Positions 49,987-58,082 of a DNA stretch of 64,000 nucleotides are shown in pieces. The stretch lies in the NCBI GenBank assembly GCA_040905425.1, contig JBBDRO010000032.1, positions 38,366 to 102,365 on the forward strand, given 5' to 3'. Origin of the DNA: Gemmatimonadota bacterium (GTDB lineage Bacteria > Gemmatimonadota > Gemmatimonadetes > Longimicrobiales > RSA9). How positions within the stretch are numbered: position 1 is the first letter of the stretch; each line of letters opens with the position of its first letter. A program made the position numbers and the translations under genes. The notes under the pieces were generated by a model. That model did no database searches and was not told the DNA's origin. It saw only the letters and a list, made by a program, of their open reading frames with translations.

Positions 49987-51246
49987 ATGGCGCGTACCGA
50001 GGTGAGCACGGAGTGGCGGCTGGTCTACGCCGGTGTGGTACTGGTGGTGGCGGCGCTCCTCCTGTGGAGCGTGCAGTCGGTCCTCTCCCCCGTACCGCTC
50101 TATCTGCTGCTCCTGCTCCTGCTGGTACCCTACACCGGCACCGACCGGCACGTGCTGCTGGTCTCCGGCGCGAGCCTGCTGATTCTGGTGTGGATGCTCG
50201 TGGCTCTGGGCGGCCTGCTCGCGCCCTTCATCCTGGCCTTCGTAGTAGCCTACATCCTGGACCCGGCGGTGGACCGCCTCGAGCGCCGCGGGGTGCCCCG
50301 GGGCGTGGGCGTGGCGCTGTTCGGCCTGCCGGTGCTGGCGCTGCTCGTGCTGGCGGTGATCTTCGGCGTTCCGGCGCTGCTGGCGCAGCTCGATGCCTTC
50401 CTCTCCCGGGTCCCGGAGGGCGTGGCCCGCTTCAGCGCCTGGGCGGAGGGGCTGGACGAGCGGGCCGCGGGTTCGCGGCTGCCCGGACCGCTGGCCGCGG
50501 CCGTTCAGGAACTGGCGGGGCGACTCACGCCGGAGGCGGCGGCCCGCTTCATCCAGGAGCGCCAGGAGGTGATCGGCCGCATTGCGCTGGACGGCTTGCT
50601 CGGCGTGGGCCGCGGGGTGGGCATCGTGCTCTCCATCATCGGCTACCTGGTCCTCACCCCGGTTCTGATCGTCTATCTGCTGCGCGACTTCGACGGCGTC
50701 ACCGCGCACGCCAAGACGCTCATACCGGCTCCGCGGCAGGCGTCCTGGCTGCGCTTCCTGGGCGAATACGACGGTCTGCTCTCCCGTTACCTGCGGGGAC
50801 AGGTCGTGGCCGCCACCATCGTGGGCGTGCTCACCTGGCTGGGGCTCTGGGCGGCCGGGTTCCCCTACCCGGCGGTGGTCGGCGCCGTGGCCGGGGTCTT
50901 CAACCTGGTGCCCTACCTGGGGCTGGTGGTAAGCGCCATACCGGCCCTGATCATCGCCGCGCTCTCGGGCGCTTTCCTGACCAACCTGGTGAAGGCCGCG
51001 GTGGTCTTCGGCGTGGTCCAGCTCATTGACGGAACGGTGACCGGCCCCCGCATCGTGGGCGGTTCGGTGGGGCTGCACCCGGTCTGGGTGTTGCTGGCGC
51101 TGGCGGTGGGCAGCTTCTTCTTCGGCTTCGTGGGTTTGCTCATTGCCATGCCGGCCGCGGTGCTCATCAAACTGCTGGTGCGGAATGGCCTCGCGCGCTG
51201 GCGGCAGTCCGCGGTGTACCGCGGTGAGGAAGGGGCGGCCCCCTGA
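49987..51246 (+). CDS. AI-2E (PerM/YdiK) family transporter
   Basis: 419 aa; multiple TMs; LRGQVVAATIVGVLTWLGLW..., VPYLGLVVSAIPA and HPVWVLLAL motifs of the AI-2E family. Confidence 0.85.
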   Translation: MARTEVSTEWRLVYAGVVLVVAALLLWSVQSVLSPVPLYLLLLLLLVPYTGTDRHVLLVSGASLLILVWMLVALGGLLAPFILAFVVAYILDPAVDRLERRGVPRGVGVALFGLPVLALLVLAVIFGVPALLAQLDAFLSRVPEGVARFSAWAEGLDERAAGSRLPGPLAAAVQELAGRLTPEAAARFIQERQEVIGRIALDGLLGVGRGVGIVLSIIGYLVLTPVLIVYLLRDFDGVTAHAKTLIPAPRQASWLRFLGEYDGLLSRYLRGQVVAATIVGVLTWLGLWAAGFPYPAVVGAVAGVFNLVPYLGLVVSAIPALIIAALSGAFLTNLVKAAVVFGVVQLIDGTVTGPRIVGGSVGLHPVWVLLALAVGSFFFGFVGLLIAMPAAVLIKLLVRNGLARWRQSAVYRGEEGAAP

Positions 51247-51403
51247 GGCTGTTTTCAAGCGACGATGCCCGGATACCGCCGGCGTCGAGACGCACCCGCG
51301 CGGCCGTTTTCTTGCGCTCCCCGGCAGCGTCCGCTAGCGTGCGCCCCGCTCGTTCGTCGTGGCCGGCGCGCCGCGGCGGACCCTCTCCGGCAACGCGATC
51401 GGC

Positions 51404-52441
51404 ATGACTGCAGAATACAGGGACCTGACCATCATCGGCGGCGGGCCGACCGGCCTCTTTGCCGCGTTCTACGCGGGCATGCGCGGGATCACCTGCCGCA
51501 TCATCGACTCGCTCCCCGAGCTGGGCGGCCAGCTCACGGCGCTCTATCCGGAGAAGTACGTCTACGACGTGGGTGGCTTCCCGCGCATCCTGGCGCGCGA
51601 CCTGGCCCGCGACCTGATCGAGCAGGGCCTGCAGTTCGAGCCCGACGTACGCCTGGAGGAGCAGGTGCTGGAGCTGGACCGGGAGGGCGACGGCTGGATG
51701 GTGGGCACGGACGGCGGCCGCTACCCCGGCCGCTGCGTGCTCATTGCCGGCGGCAAGGGCGCGTTCAGCCCCCGCGCCCTGGAGTGCCCGGGCTATGACG
51801 ACCTGCTCGGCAAGGGCGTGGCCTACCACGTGAAGGACCCCGTGCACTACGCGGGCAAGCGTCTGCTCATCGTGGGCGGGGGCGACTCCGCCGTGGACTG
51901 GGTGCTGAACCTGCGTGGCCAGGCCGAGCGCCTGGTGCTCATCCATCGGCGAGAGGGTTTCCGGGCCCATGCGGCTTCGATGCGCCAGCTGCACGAGGGT
52001 GTGGAGAGCGGCGAGATCGAGTTGCTCACGCACCGGGAAGTGCGCACTATTCACGGGGAGAGGTGCGTCACGGGCGCCACCATCTACGACAATCGCACCG
52101 ATGAGGACGAGTATCTGGAGGTGGACGCGGTGCTCTCCCTCATCGGTTTTCGCCCGGATCTGGGTCCCATCGGGAGCTGGGGTCTGGAACTGGAGCGCAA
52201 CAGCATTCGCGTGAACCACCTGCTGGAAACGAACCTGCAGGGGGTCTACGCGGCCGGGGATATTGCCACCTACGAGGGCAAGCTGGAACTCATTGTCACC
52301 GGCTTCAGCGAGGCGGCCATGGCGGTGAACCACGCCGTGCACGCCATCGATCCCGGGGCGCGCTACAATCCCGGCCACTCCACGAACCTGAAGGTGTTCA
52401 AACAGCGCGAGGCCGAGGAGCAGGCGGAGGCGCAGTCATGA
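51404..52441 (+). CDS. ferredoxin-NADP+ reductase, thioredoxin-reductase-like type
   Basis: 345 aa from ATG 51404; IIGGGPTGLFAAFY and GGGDSAVDW dinucleotide motifs, no CxxC redox centre, YAAGDI. Confidence 0.8.
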   Translation: MTAEYRDLTIIGGGPTGLFAAFYAGMRGITCRIIDSLPELGGQLTALYPEKYVYDVGGFPRILARDLARDLIEQGLQFEPDVRLEEQVLELDREGDGWMVGTDGGRYPGRCVLIAGGKGAFSPRALECPGYDDLLGKGVAYHVKDPVHYAGKRLLIVGGGDSAVDWVLNLRGQAERLVLIHRREGFRAHAASMRQLHEGVESGEIELLTHREVRTIHGERCVTGATIYDNRTDEDEYLEVDAVLSLIGFRPDLGPIGSWGLELERNSIRVNHLLETNLQGVYAAGDIATYEGKLELIVTGFSEAAMAVNHAVHAIDPGARYNPGHSTNLKVFKQREAEEQAEAQS

Positions 52442-52520
52442 CGAAGCGCCTGGCACATTTCATGTATCACTCGGACCGTTCCTGTCCCGGTCGGATGTCC
52501 ATTCCCGCACACCGCTGGCC

Positions 52521-52907
52521 ATGACCGAAAACGCTGCCAAGACGGTTCTCCTGGTCGAGGACAACGAGGACAACCTCGTGGTCTACCGCACCATACTGGA
52601 GCATGTGGGCTATCGAGTGATCGAGGCGCGCGACGGGGAGGAGGGCGTGGCGGCGGCTCGGGAACACCACCCGGACCTCATCCTGATGGACATCTCCATC
52701 CCGAAGATCGATGGCTGGGAGGCCACGAAGCGCCTCAAGGCGGACGATGCGACCCGCGCCATTCCGATCATTGCCCTGACTGCCCACGCGCTGGAGGAGG
52801 ATCGCCAGAAGGCAACGGATGCCGGCTGTGACGGCTACCTGGCCAAGCCGGTGGAGCCGCGCCGCGTGGTTCAGGAGGTGGAGCAGTTCGTGGGCGCGCC
52901 AGGCTAG
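52521..52907 (+). CDS. single-domain response regulator (CheY-like receiver)
   Basis: 128 aa; VLLVEDNEDN, phospho-acceptor LILMDISIP, ALTAHA, and K in GYLAKP. Confidence 0.9.
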   Translation: MTENAAKTVLLVEDNEDNLVVYRTILEHVGYRVIEARDGEEGVAAAREHHPDLILMDISIPKIDGWEATKRLKADDATRAIPIIALTAHALEEDRQKATDAGCDGYLAKPVEPRRVVQEVEQFVGAPG

Positions 52908-52937
52908 AGGGCGTGGCGGTCTGAGACGGGACGCGGC

Positions 52938-54899
52938 TCAGAGCAGCACGCGGGCCAGGTACGCGCCGCCGTATGCCAGCACGAGCATGTAGGTCCACTG
53001 CAGTGCCGGCCACTTCCAGCCCCCCGTTTCCCTGTGCATCACCGCGATGGTGGAGGTGCATTGCAGGGCGAAGGCAAAGAAGATCATGAGCCCCACCGCC
53101 GCGTCGAAGTCCAGGTCCCGCTTCAGGGTGTCCTGGATCTCCAGCGATTCCTCCGAGGCGTCCTCCACCCCGTAGATCGTCCCCAACGTGCCCACGATCA
53201 CCTCGCGCGCCGCCAGCGAGGAGACCAGCCCCACGCCGATGCGCCAGTCGAAGCCCAGCGGCGCGATGGCCGGCTCGATCACCTTGCCCATGGTGCCGAG
53301 CGCGCTCTCCCCGATGGGCGGCGGCGCGCCGTCCACCCGGGGGAACTGGGCCAGCGCCCACAGGATGATGGTCACGGCCAGGATGATCCGCCCCACGCGC
53401 TTCACGAAGATGCCGCTCCGGTCCCACAGGCGCAGCGCGAGGGAGCGCAGCGTGGGCAGCCGGTAGGGCGGCAGCTCCATGACAAAGGTGGAGCGGCCGC
53501 CACGCAGCAGGGTGCGCTTGAGCGCGAACGCCGTCAGCACCGCCGCCAGCGCCCCCAGCGCGTAGAGGCCGAGCAGCGTGGCGGCGCGTGTGCCCAGGAA
53601 CGGTCCCAGCAGCGCTCGCTCGGGGATGAACGCCGCGATGAGGAGCGCGTAGACGGGCAGGCGCGCCGAGCACGTCATGAACGGCGCCACGAAGATGGTG
53701 GCCAGCCGGTCCCGCTCGTCCTCCACGGTGCGGGCCGCCAGGATGGCCGGAACGGCGCACGCGAAGGCGGACAGCAGCGGCAGGAAGGCACGCCCCTGGA
53801 GTCCCACCCGGTACATGGAGCGATCGGCGATGACGGCGGCCCGCGCCATGTAGCCCGAGTCCTCCAGCACGCCGATGAAGAGGAAGAGAATCAGGATCTG
53901 GGGCAGGAAGACCAGCACCGCCCCCACTCCCATCCAGACGCCGTCGATGAGCAGCGAGCGGAACCAGCTGGCCGGCAGGGCGCCGGCAATCCACTCGCCT
54001 GACGTGGTGACCATGAGTTCGACCAGGTCCATGGCCGGCGTGGCCCACGTGAAGATGGCCTGGAAGACGAGCGCCACTACCATCAGGAAGACCAGCGGTC
54101 CCCCGACGCGGTGCAGGAAGACGGCATCCAGGCGCTCGGACCAGCGGTGCGGCAGCGGGGCGCGGAAGCTCGCGCGTTGGGCCGTCACCCGTACGCGGCC
54201 GCGGCGGTTCACGAAAACGTCCACTACCGGCAGGTCCACGCGGCGCGCGGGCTGGCTGTCGGGACCTGGCCGGCCGGGATGGGAAGGTGGCTCGGGCGGG
54301 GCGGGGCGGGGCGCTCCGGCGGCCCCGCGTGCGGCGTCCGCCAGGAAGGCGCGCACCCGCTCCACACCGACCCCCAGCCGCGCGTTGACCCGCACCACCC
54401 GGACGCCCAGTTCCGCCGCCAGCGCGGCGTCATCCACCGAGCCGCCGCCTGCTTCCAGCTCGTCGGCCATGGTGAGCACCAGGAGCGTGGGCACGTCCAT
54501 GGCCAGCACCGGCTCCACGAGCATGAGCTGCGGCTCGAGGCGGGTAGAGTCCACCGTGAGCACCAGCGCGTCGGGCTTCTTCAGCCCTGCGGCCTTGCCC
54601 TGCAGCACGTCGCGGGTGACCCGTTCGTCCTGCGTGCGGGCGGAGAAGCCGTTGATGCCCGGGAGGTCCACCAGCAGCGCCTGGCCACCGCCCGGCAGGC
54701 GCGCCCAGCCCAGGTGCTTCTCCACCGTCACGCCCGGGTAGTTGGCTACCTTCTGGCGCAGGCCGGTGAGCTGATTGAAGAGGGTGGTCTTGCCGGAGTT
54801 CGGAGGTCCGACGAGTGCCACGAGGGGGGCGGTGGCGCTCGGCTCGGGCGGTGTGGCGCCGGTGCGCCGGTGATCGCGCGGCGGTGATGCGGTGGGCAC
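52938..54899 (-). CDS. feoB: ferrous iron transporter FeoB
   Basis: 653 aa; G-domain GPPNSGKTTLFNQLTG and DLPG, followed by a polytopic membrane domain. Confidence 0.93.
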   Translation of the reverse strand: MPTASPPRDHRRTGATPPEPSATAPLVALVGPPNSGKTTLFNQLTGLRQKVANYPGVTVEKHLGWARLPGGGQALLVDLPGINGFSARTQDERVTRDVLQGKAAGLKKPDALVLTVDSTRLEPQLMLVEPVLAMDVPTLLVLTMADELEAGGGSVDDAALAAELGVRVVRVNARLGVGVERVRAFLADAARGAAGAPRPAPPEPPSHPGRPGPDSQPARRVDLPVVDVFVNRRGRVRVTAQRASFRAPLPHRWSERLDAVFLHRVGGPLVFLMVVALVFQAIFTWATPAMDLVELMVTTSGEWIAGALPASWFRSLLIDGVWMGVGAVLVFLPQILILFLFIGVLEDSGYMARAAVIADRSMYRVGLQGRAFLPLLSAFACAVPAILAARTVEDERDRLATIFVAPFMTCSARLPVYALLIAAFIPERALLGPFLGTRAATLLGLYALGALAAVLTAFALKRTLLRGGRSTFVMELPPYRLPTLRSLALRLWDRSGIFVKRVGRIILAVTIILWALAQFPRVDGAPPPIGESALGTMGKVIEPAIAPLGFDWRIGVGLVSSLAAREVIVGTLGTIYGVEDASEESLEIQDTLKRDLDFDAAVGLMIFFAFALQCTSTIAVMHRETGGWKWPALQWTYMLVLAYGGAYLARVLL

Positions 54900-54920
54900 G
54901 GCGCTTTCAGGGACGCGGCA

Positions 54921-55385
54921 CTACGCCGCGTCGGGCTCGGTGTGCTTGACGCAGAGACAGCCCGCCATCTCGCGGCGCACCGCGACCAGCAGTCCGTCGA
55001 CCAGCAGGATGGGATCACCGGAGGGCGAACGGCGCACAGGACAGAGCCGGCAACCGGGCAGGATGCCGCGCTCGAGGAGCGGCTCCAGTTCGTGATCCGG
55101 CAGATCGATGCGCACCAACTCCACGTCCTGGCGCAGCGGAATGTCCGCCAGCCGGAGCTCCACCGCCTTGCGTATGGGGCAGCTACACGTCCCGTGGCAC
55201 AGGGGGCAGCCGGCGCCGGCCCTGTCGGGGGCCGCATCGCCGCCCGTGTCGCGGACCGCATCCGGAGGCGTGGACGCACGCGGGGGCGCGGTTGTGTGCG
55301 CGGCCGCGGCTGTGCGCGCGGCCGTGGATGCGCGCGCCGCCTTCCTCTGCTGCACGAACCTGCGGATCACGGGCTGCTCCCTCAC
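54921..55385 (-). CDS. feoA: FeoA domain protein with Cys-rich N-terminal extension
   Basis: The C-terminal ~80 aa have the FeoA/SH3-like pattern (LADIP...VELVRI...LLERGILPGCRL...GDPILL). The N-terminal ~70 aa are low complexity plus CPLCHGTCSCP; start uncertain. Confidence 0.7.
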   Translation of the reverse strand: MREQPVIRRFVQQRKAARASTAARTAAAAHTTAPPRASTPPDAVRDTGGDAAPDRAGAGCPLCHGTCSCPIRKAVELRLADIPLRQDVELVRIDLPDHELEPLLERGILPGCRLCPVRRSPSGDPILLVDGLLVAVRREMAGCLCVKHTEPDAA

Positions 55386-55492
55386 TTGATGAGAATGAGT
55401 CTCAATCGAAGCTTAACGGGGCCGGCCCGAGTACGCAACGGGGGAGGAGTGCCTCGCGGGCCGGGCTGGCTACCAGGCGCGGGCCGGGCTGG

Positions 55493-56209
55493 CTACCAGG
55501 CGATCCAGCGGTCGATGGCACGCAGCGCCGCCAGTGCCCCTGCCTCCTCGATCGAGCGGACGGGTTCCACCGCCACCAAGCCCGACAGGGTGGCCACGCG
55601 GCGGCCGGCCGCCGCCTCCACGGAGAGCGCCACGTGCCGCCTGCCGAAGAGTTCCACCGTGGTGGCCCCCTCGAGCCCGAAGGCCATGCCCTCCACGGCG
55701 GCGCTGGCCGCGTCGAGGGCCGCGCGCGCGCCGGCCCGCGCGCGCCCCGGCTCGGAGTCCAGTTCCTCACCGCTGCCCTCGAAAAGCGCCTCGCCGCGCC
55801 GCAGACGGACCGTGCAGGTGACGCGTGGACCGGAGCGGACTACGGACAGATCCGAGAGGACCAGGTAGCGGCTACGCACAGCGGCCGGCCTGCCGTTCGA
55901 GCCGGGTGGCTCGGGGCGCGGGGGCCTGGCGGATGCGGATCGCGTCGCCTCCGCCGATGCGGAGACCACACGGATGGCTTCGGGCGCGAAGTCGTAGCCG
56001 CCGTGTCTCAGGACGTGGCCCGCGGCGTTGGTCAGGATGGCGTGCGCCGCCCCCGCGGCGGCGCGGATGCGGAGTTCCGTGACCTCCCGCGCCCCACCCA
56101 GGACAACGGTGGCGTCCCGCACGCCGGGCAGCGCCTCCACCTCGCGCGCCAGACGGTGGGCGGCCGCGTGGCGATCCTCCTCCGGCGGAGCGGGGGTGTC
56201 ACGGCTCAT
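55493..56209 (-). CDS. uncharacterised protein, paralogue B of a tandem pair upstream of feoAB
   Basis: 238 aa from ATG 56209, which overlaps the upstream stop (ATGA). Collinear similarity to 56206..56880: LPGVRDATV.. N-domain, VTCTVRLRRGEALFEGSGE, FGLEGATTVE...IEEAGALAALRAIDRW. Confidence 0.6.
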   Translation of the reverse strand: MSRDTPAPPEEDRHAAAHRLAREVEALPGVRDATVVLGGAREVTELRIRAAAGAAHAILTNAAGHVLRHGGYDFAPEAIRVVSASAEATRSASARPPRPEPPGSNGRPAAVRSRYLVLSDLSVVRSGPRVTCTVRLRRGEALFEGSGEELDSEPGRARAGARAALDAASAAVEGMAFGLEGATTVELFGRRHVALSVEAAAGRRVATLSGLVAVEPVRSIEEAGALAALRAIDRWIAW

Positions 56210-56880
56210 GCGTCCGTGCCCGTCCAGCGATTGCACGCCTGCAGGGCGGCCAGGATGGCCGCCTCCTCCGGGGAGCGGGAAAGTTCGGCCACCCCCGTGA
56301 GGGTGGCGCTGTCGCGGCCCTCAAGCGCCAGGGCGGACACCATCACCCAGGTGCGGCCACCCGCCTCCACCAGCGCCGCTCCCTCCAGGCCCACGTCGTC
56401 ATTGTCACGCGCGGCGGCCAGCGCGGCGAACACCGCCCGCGCCGCGGCCTGCGCACGGCCGCTCGGCGTGCCGGGGCCGGCGCCGGAGCCACCGAAGCGG
56501 GTCTCGCCGCGCCGCAGCGTCACCTGGCACGTGCAGTCGGCGTTGGGCTGGCTGCGCGCGTCGTAGGTCTCGAAGACCAGCCGTTCGCGGACGCGCGGCG
56601 TGTGCTCGGCGGGCTCCTCCGGACCGGGCAGGCGGCCCAGGCGGCTCTGCGCCACGCTGATGATGCGGCGGTCCACCGTTTCGTCGAGTCCGGCGCTCAG
56701 GGCGGACTCGATGTTCCGCACCACCTGCTTTGGATGGAGGTGCGCCGCGGCCAGCACGTGGATCTCCCGCAGCTGTTGCAGCCCGTCGACCAGCACGCGC
56801 ACCGAAAGGACGCCGTGCAGCGCTCGAATGAGGCGCTCGGCTTCGGGGTACGGCCGAAGTGGTGAGGTGTCGATCTGCAT
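56206..56880 (-). CDS. uncharacterised protein, paralogue A of a tandem pair upstream of feoAB
   Basis: 224 aa from ATG 56880; motifs HGVLSVRVLVD...EIHVLAA..., CTCQVTLRRGETRFGGSGA and VGLEGAALVE...PEEAAILAALQACNRW. Confidence 0.6.
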   Translation of the reverse strand: MQIDTSPLRPYPEAERLIRALHGVLSVRVLVDGLQQLREIHVLAAAHLHPKQVVRNIESALSAGLDETVDRRIISVAQSRLGRLPGPEEPAEHTPRVRERLVFETYDARSQPNADCTCQVTLRRGETRFGGSGAGPGTPSGRAQAAARAVFAALAAARDNDDVGLEGAALVEAGGRTWVMVSALALEGRDSATLTGVAELSRSPEEAAILAALQACNRWTGTDA

Positions 56881-57016
56881 AGGTCTCCCGGATGGGATCC
56901 AAGGTAGCACGGCCGTGGCTGGCGCGCACCGGGGATCCATCTAACTTTGCTCCGGGTCAGGGCGCCGGCCAGAGCGGTCGGGTGCTCCCGGTATGAAGGT
57001 GCTGTGCGGAGGCAAC

Positions 57017-58051
57017 ATGGCGGAGACGAAGCGAGAGACGCTGGTGATCATCGGATCGGGACCGGCGGCCTGGACGGCGGCCATTTACGGTGCCCGCGCG
57101 AGCCTGAATCCGGTGGTCTACGAGGGCGAGCCGAGCCGGGAGATGATCCCGGGCGGCCAGCTCATGTACACCACGGAGGTGGAGAACTACCCCGGCTTTC
57201 CGGATGGCGTCACCGGCGCAGAGATGATGGACGCGTTCAAGCGGCAGGCGGTGCGCTTCGAAACCCGGGTGGTGTCGGAGAACATCACGGCCGTGGACTT
57301 CTCCCGGCACCCCTTCGTGCTGACACCCAGCTACGGCGAGCCGTTCGAGGCGCTCACCGTGGTGGTGGCCACGGGCGCCCGGGCGCGCTGGCTGGGCGTG
57401 CCCAACGAGGAGCGCCTGGCGCAGAGTGGGGGCGGCGTGTCGGCGTGCGCCGTGTGCGACGGCGCGTTGCCGGCCTTCCGCGACAAGGTTCTGGCGGTCG
57501 TCGGCGGCGGGGACAGCGCCATGGAGGAGTCCCTCTACCTCACCAAGTTCGCCAGCGAGGTGGTGCTCATCCACCGGCGCGAGGAGTTCCGCGCTTCCCA
57601 GATCATGGCGGACCGCGTGCTCAACCACCCCAAGATCAGGGTGCTGTGGAATACCGTGGTCACGGAGGTGGTGGGCTACGACTATGTGGAGGGGATCAAG
57701 GTGGAAAACGTGGTCACGGAGGAGAAGGACGAACTTCCCGTCGGGGGCTTCTTCGTGGCCATCGGCCACCAGCCCAATACGGCGTTCCTGGGCCATGCGC
57801 TGGCGCTCACCGAGCACGGCTACGTACAGACGCCGCACGCGTGGCGCACCTGCACGAGCGTGGACGGGGTCTTCGCCGCCGGTGACGCGATGGACGACTA
57901 CTATCGCCAGGCGGTGACGGCGGCGGGAACGGGCTGCATGGCGGCGCTGGAGGCGGAGCGCTGGCTCGCGCACCACGGGCTCGGCGAGTCGTCCGTGCTG
58001 GAAACGGCCGAGGCACCGGTGGACGAGCAGGCTACGCGGCCGCAGGGGTAG
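57017..58051 (+). CDS. trxB: thioredoxin-disulfide reductase
   Basis: 344 aa from ATG 57017; IIGSGPAAWTAAIY, redox-active CAVCDG, GGGDSAMEE and FAAGD. Confidence 0.93.
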   Translation: MAETKRETLVIIGSGPAAWTAAIYGARASLNPVVYEGEPSREMIPGGQLMYTTEVENYPGFPDGVTGAEMMDAFKRQAVRFETRVVSENITAVDFSRHPFVLTPSYGEPFEALTVVVATGARARWLGVPNEERLAQSGGGVSACAVCDGALPAFRDKVLAVVGGGDSAMEESLYLTKFASEVVLIHRREEFRASQIMADRVLNHPKIRVLWNTVVTEVVGYDYVEGIKVENVVTEEKDELPVGGFFVAIGHQPNTAFLGHALALTEHGYVQTPHAWRTCTSVDGVFAAGDAMDDYYRQAVTAAGTGCMAALEAERWLAHHGLGESSVLETAEAPVDEQATRPQG

Positions 58052-58082
58052 CCGCGCGCCGGACGTGGACGGGCGTCGTCGC

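Noticed and set aside
48706-51258. 850-aa ORF on the minus strand
   Set aside because: It is antisense to the asd end, the Nudix gene and the AI-2E transporter gene. It has no motifs, and the sense-strand genes are well supported.
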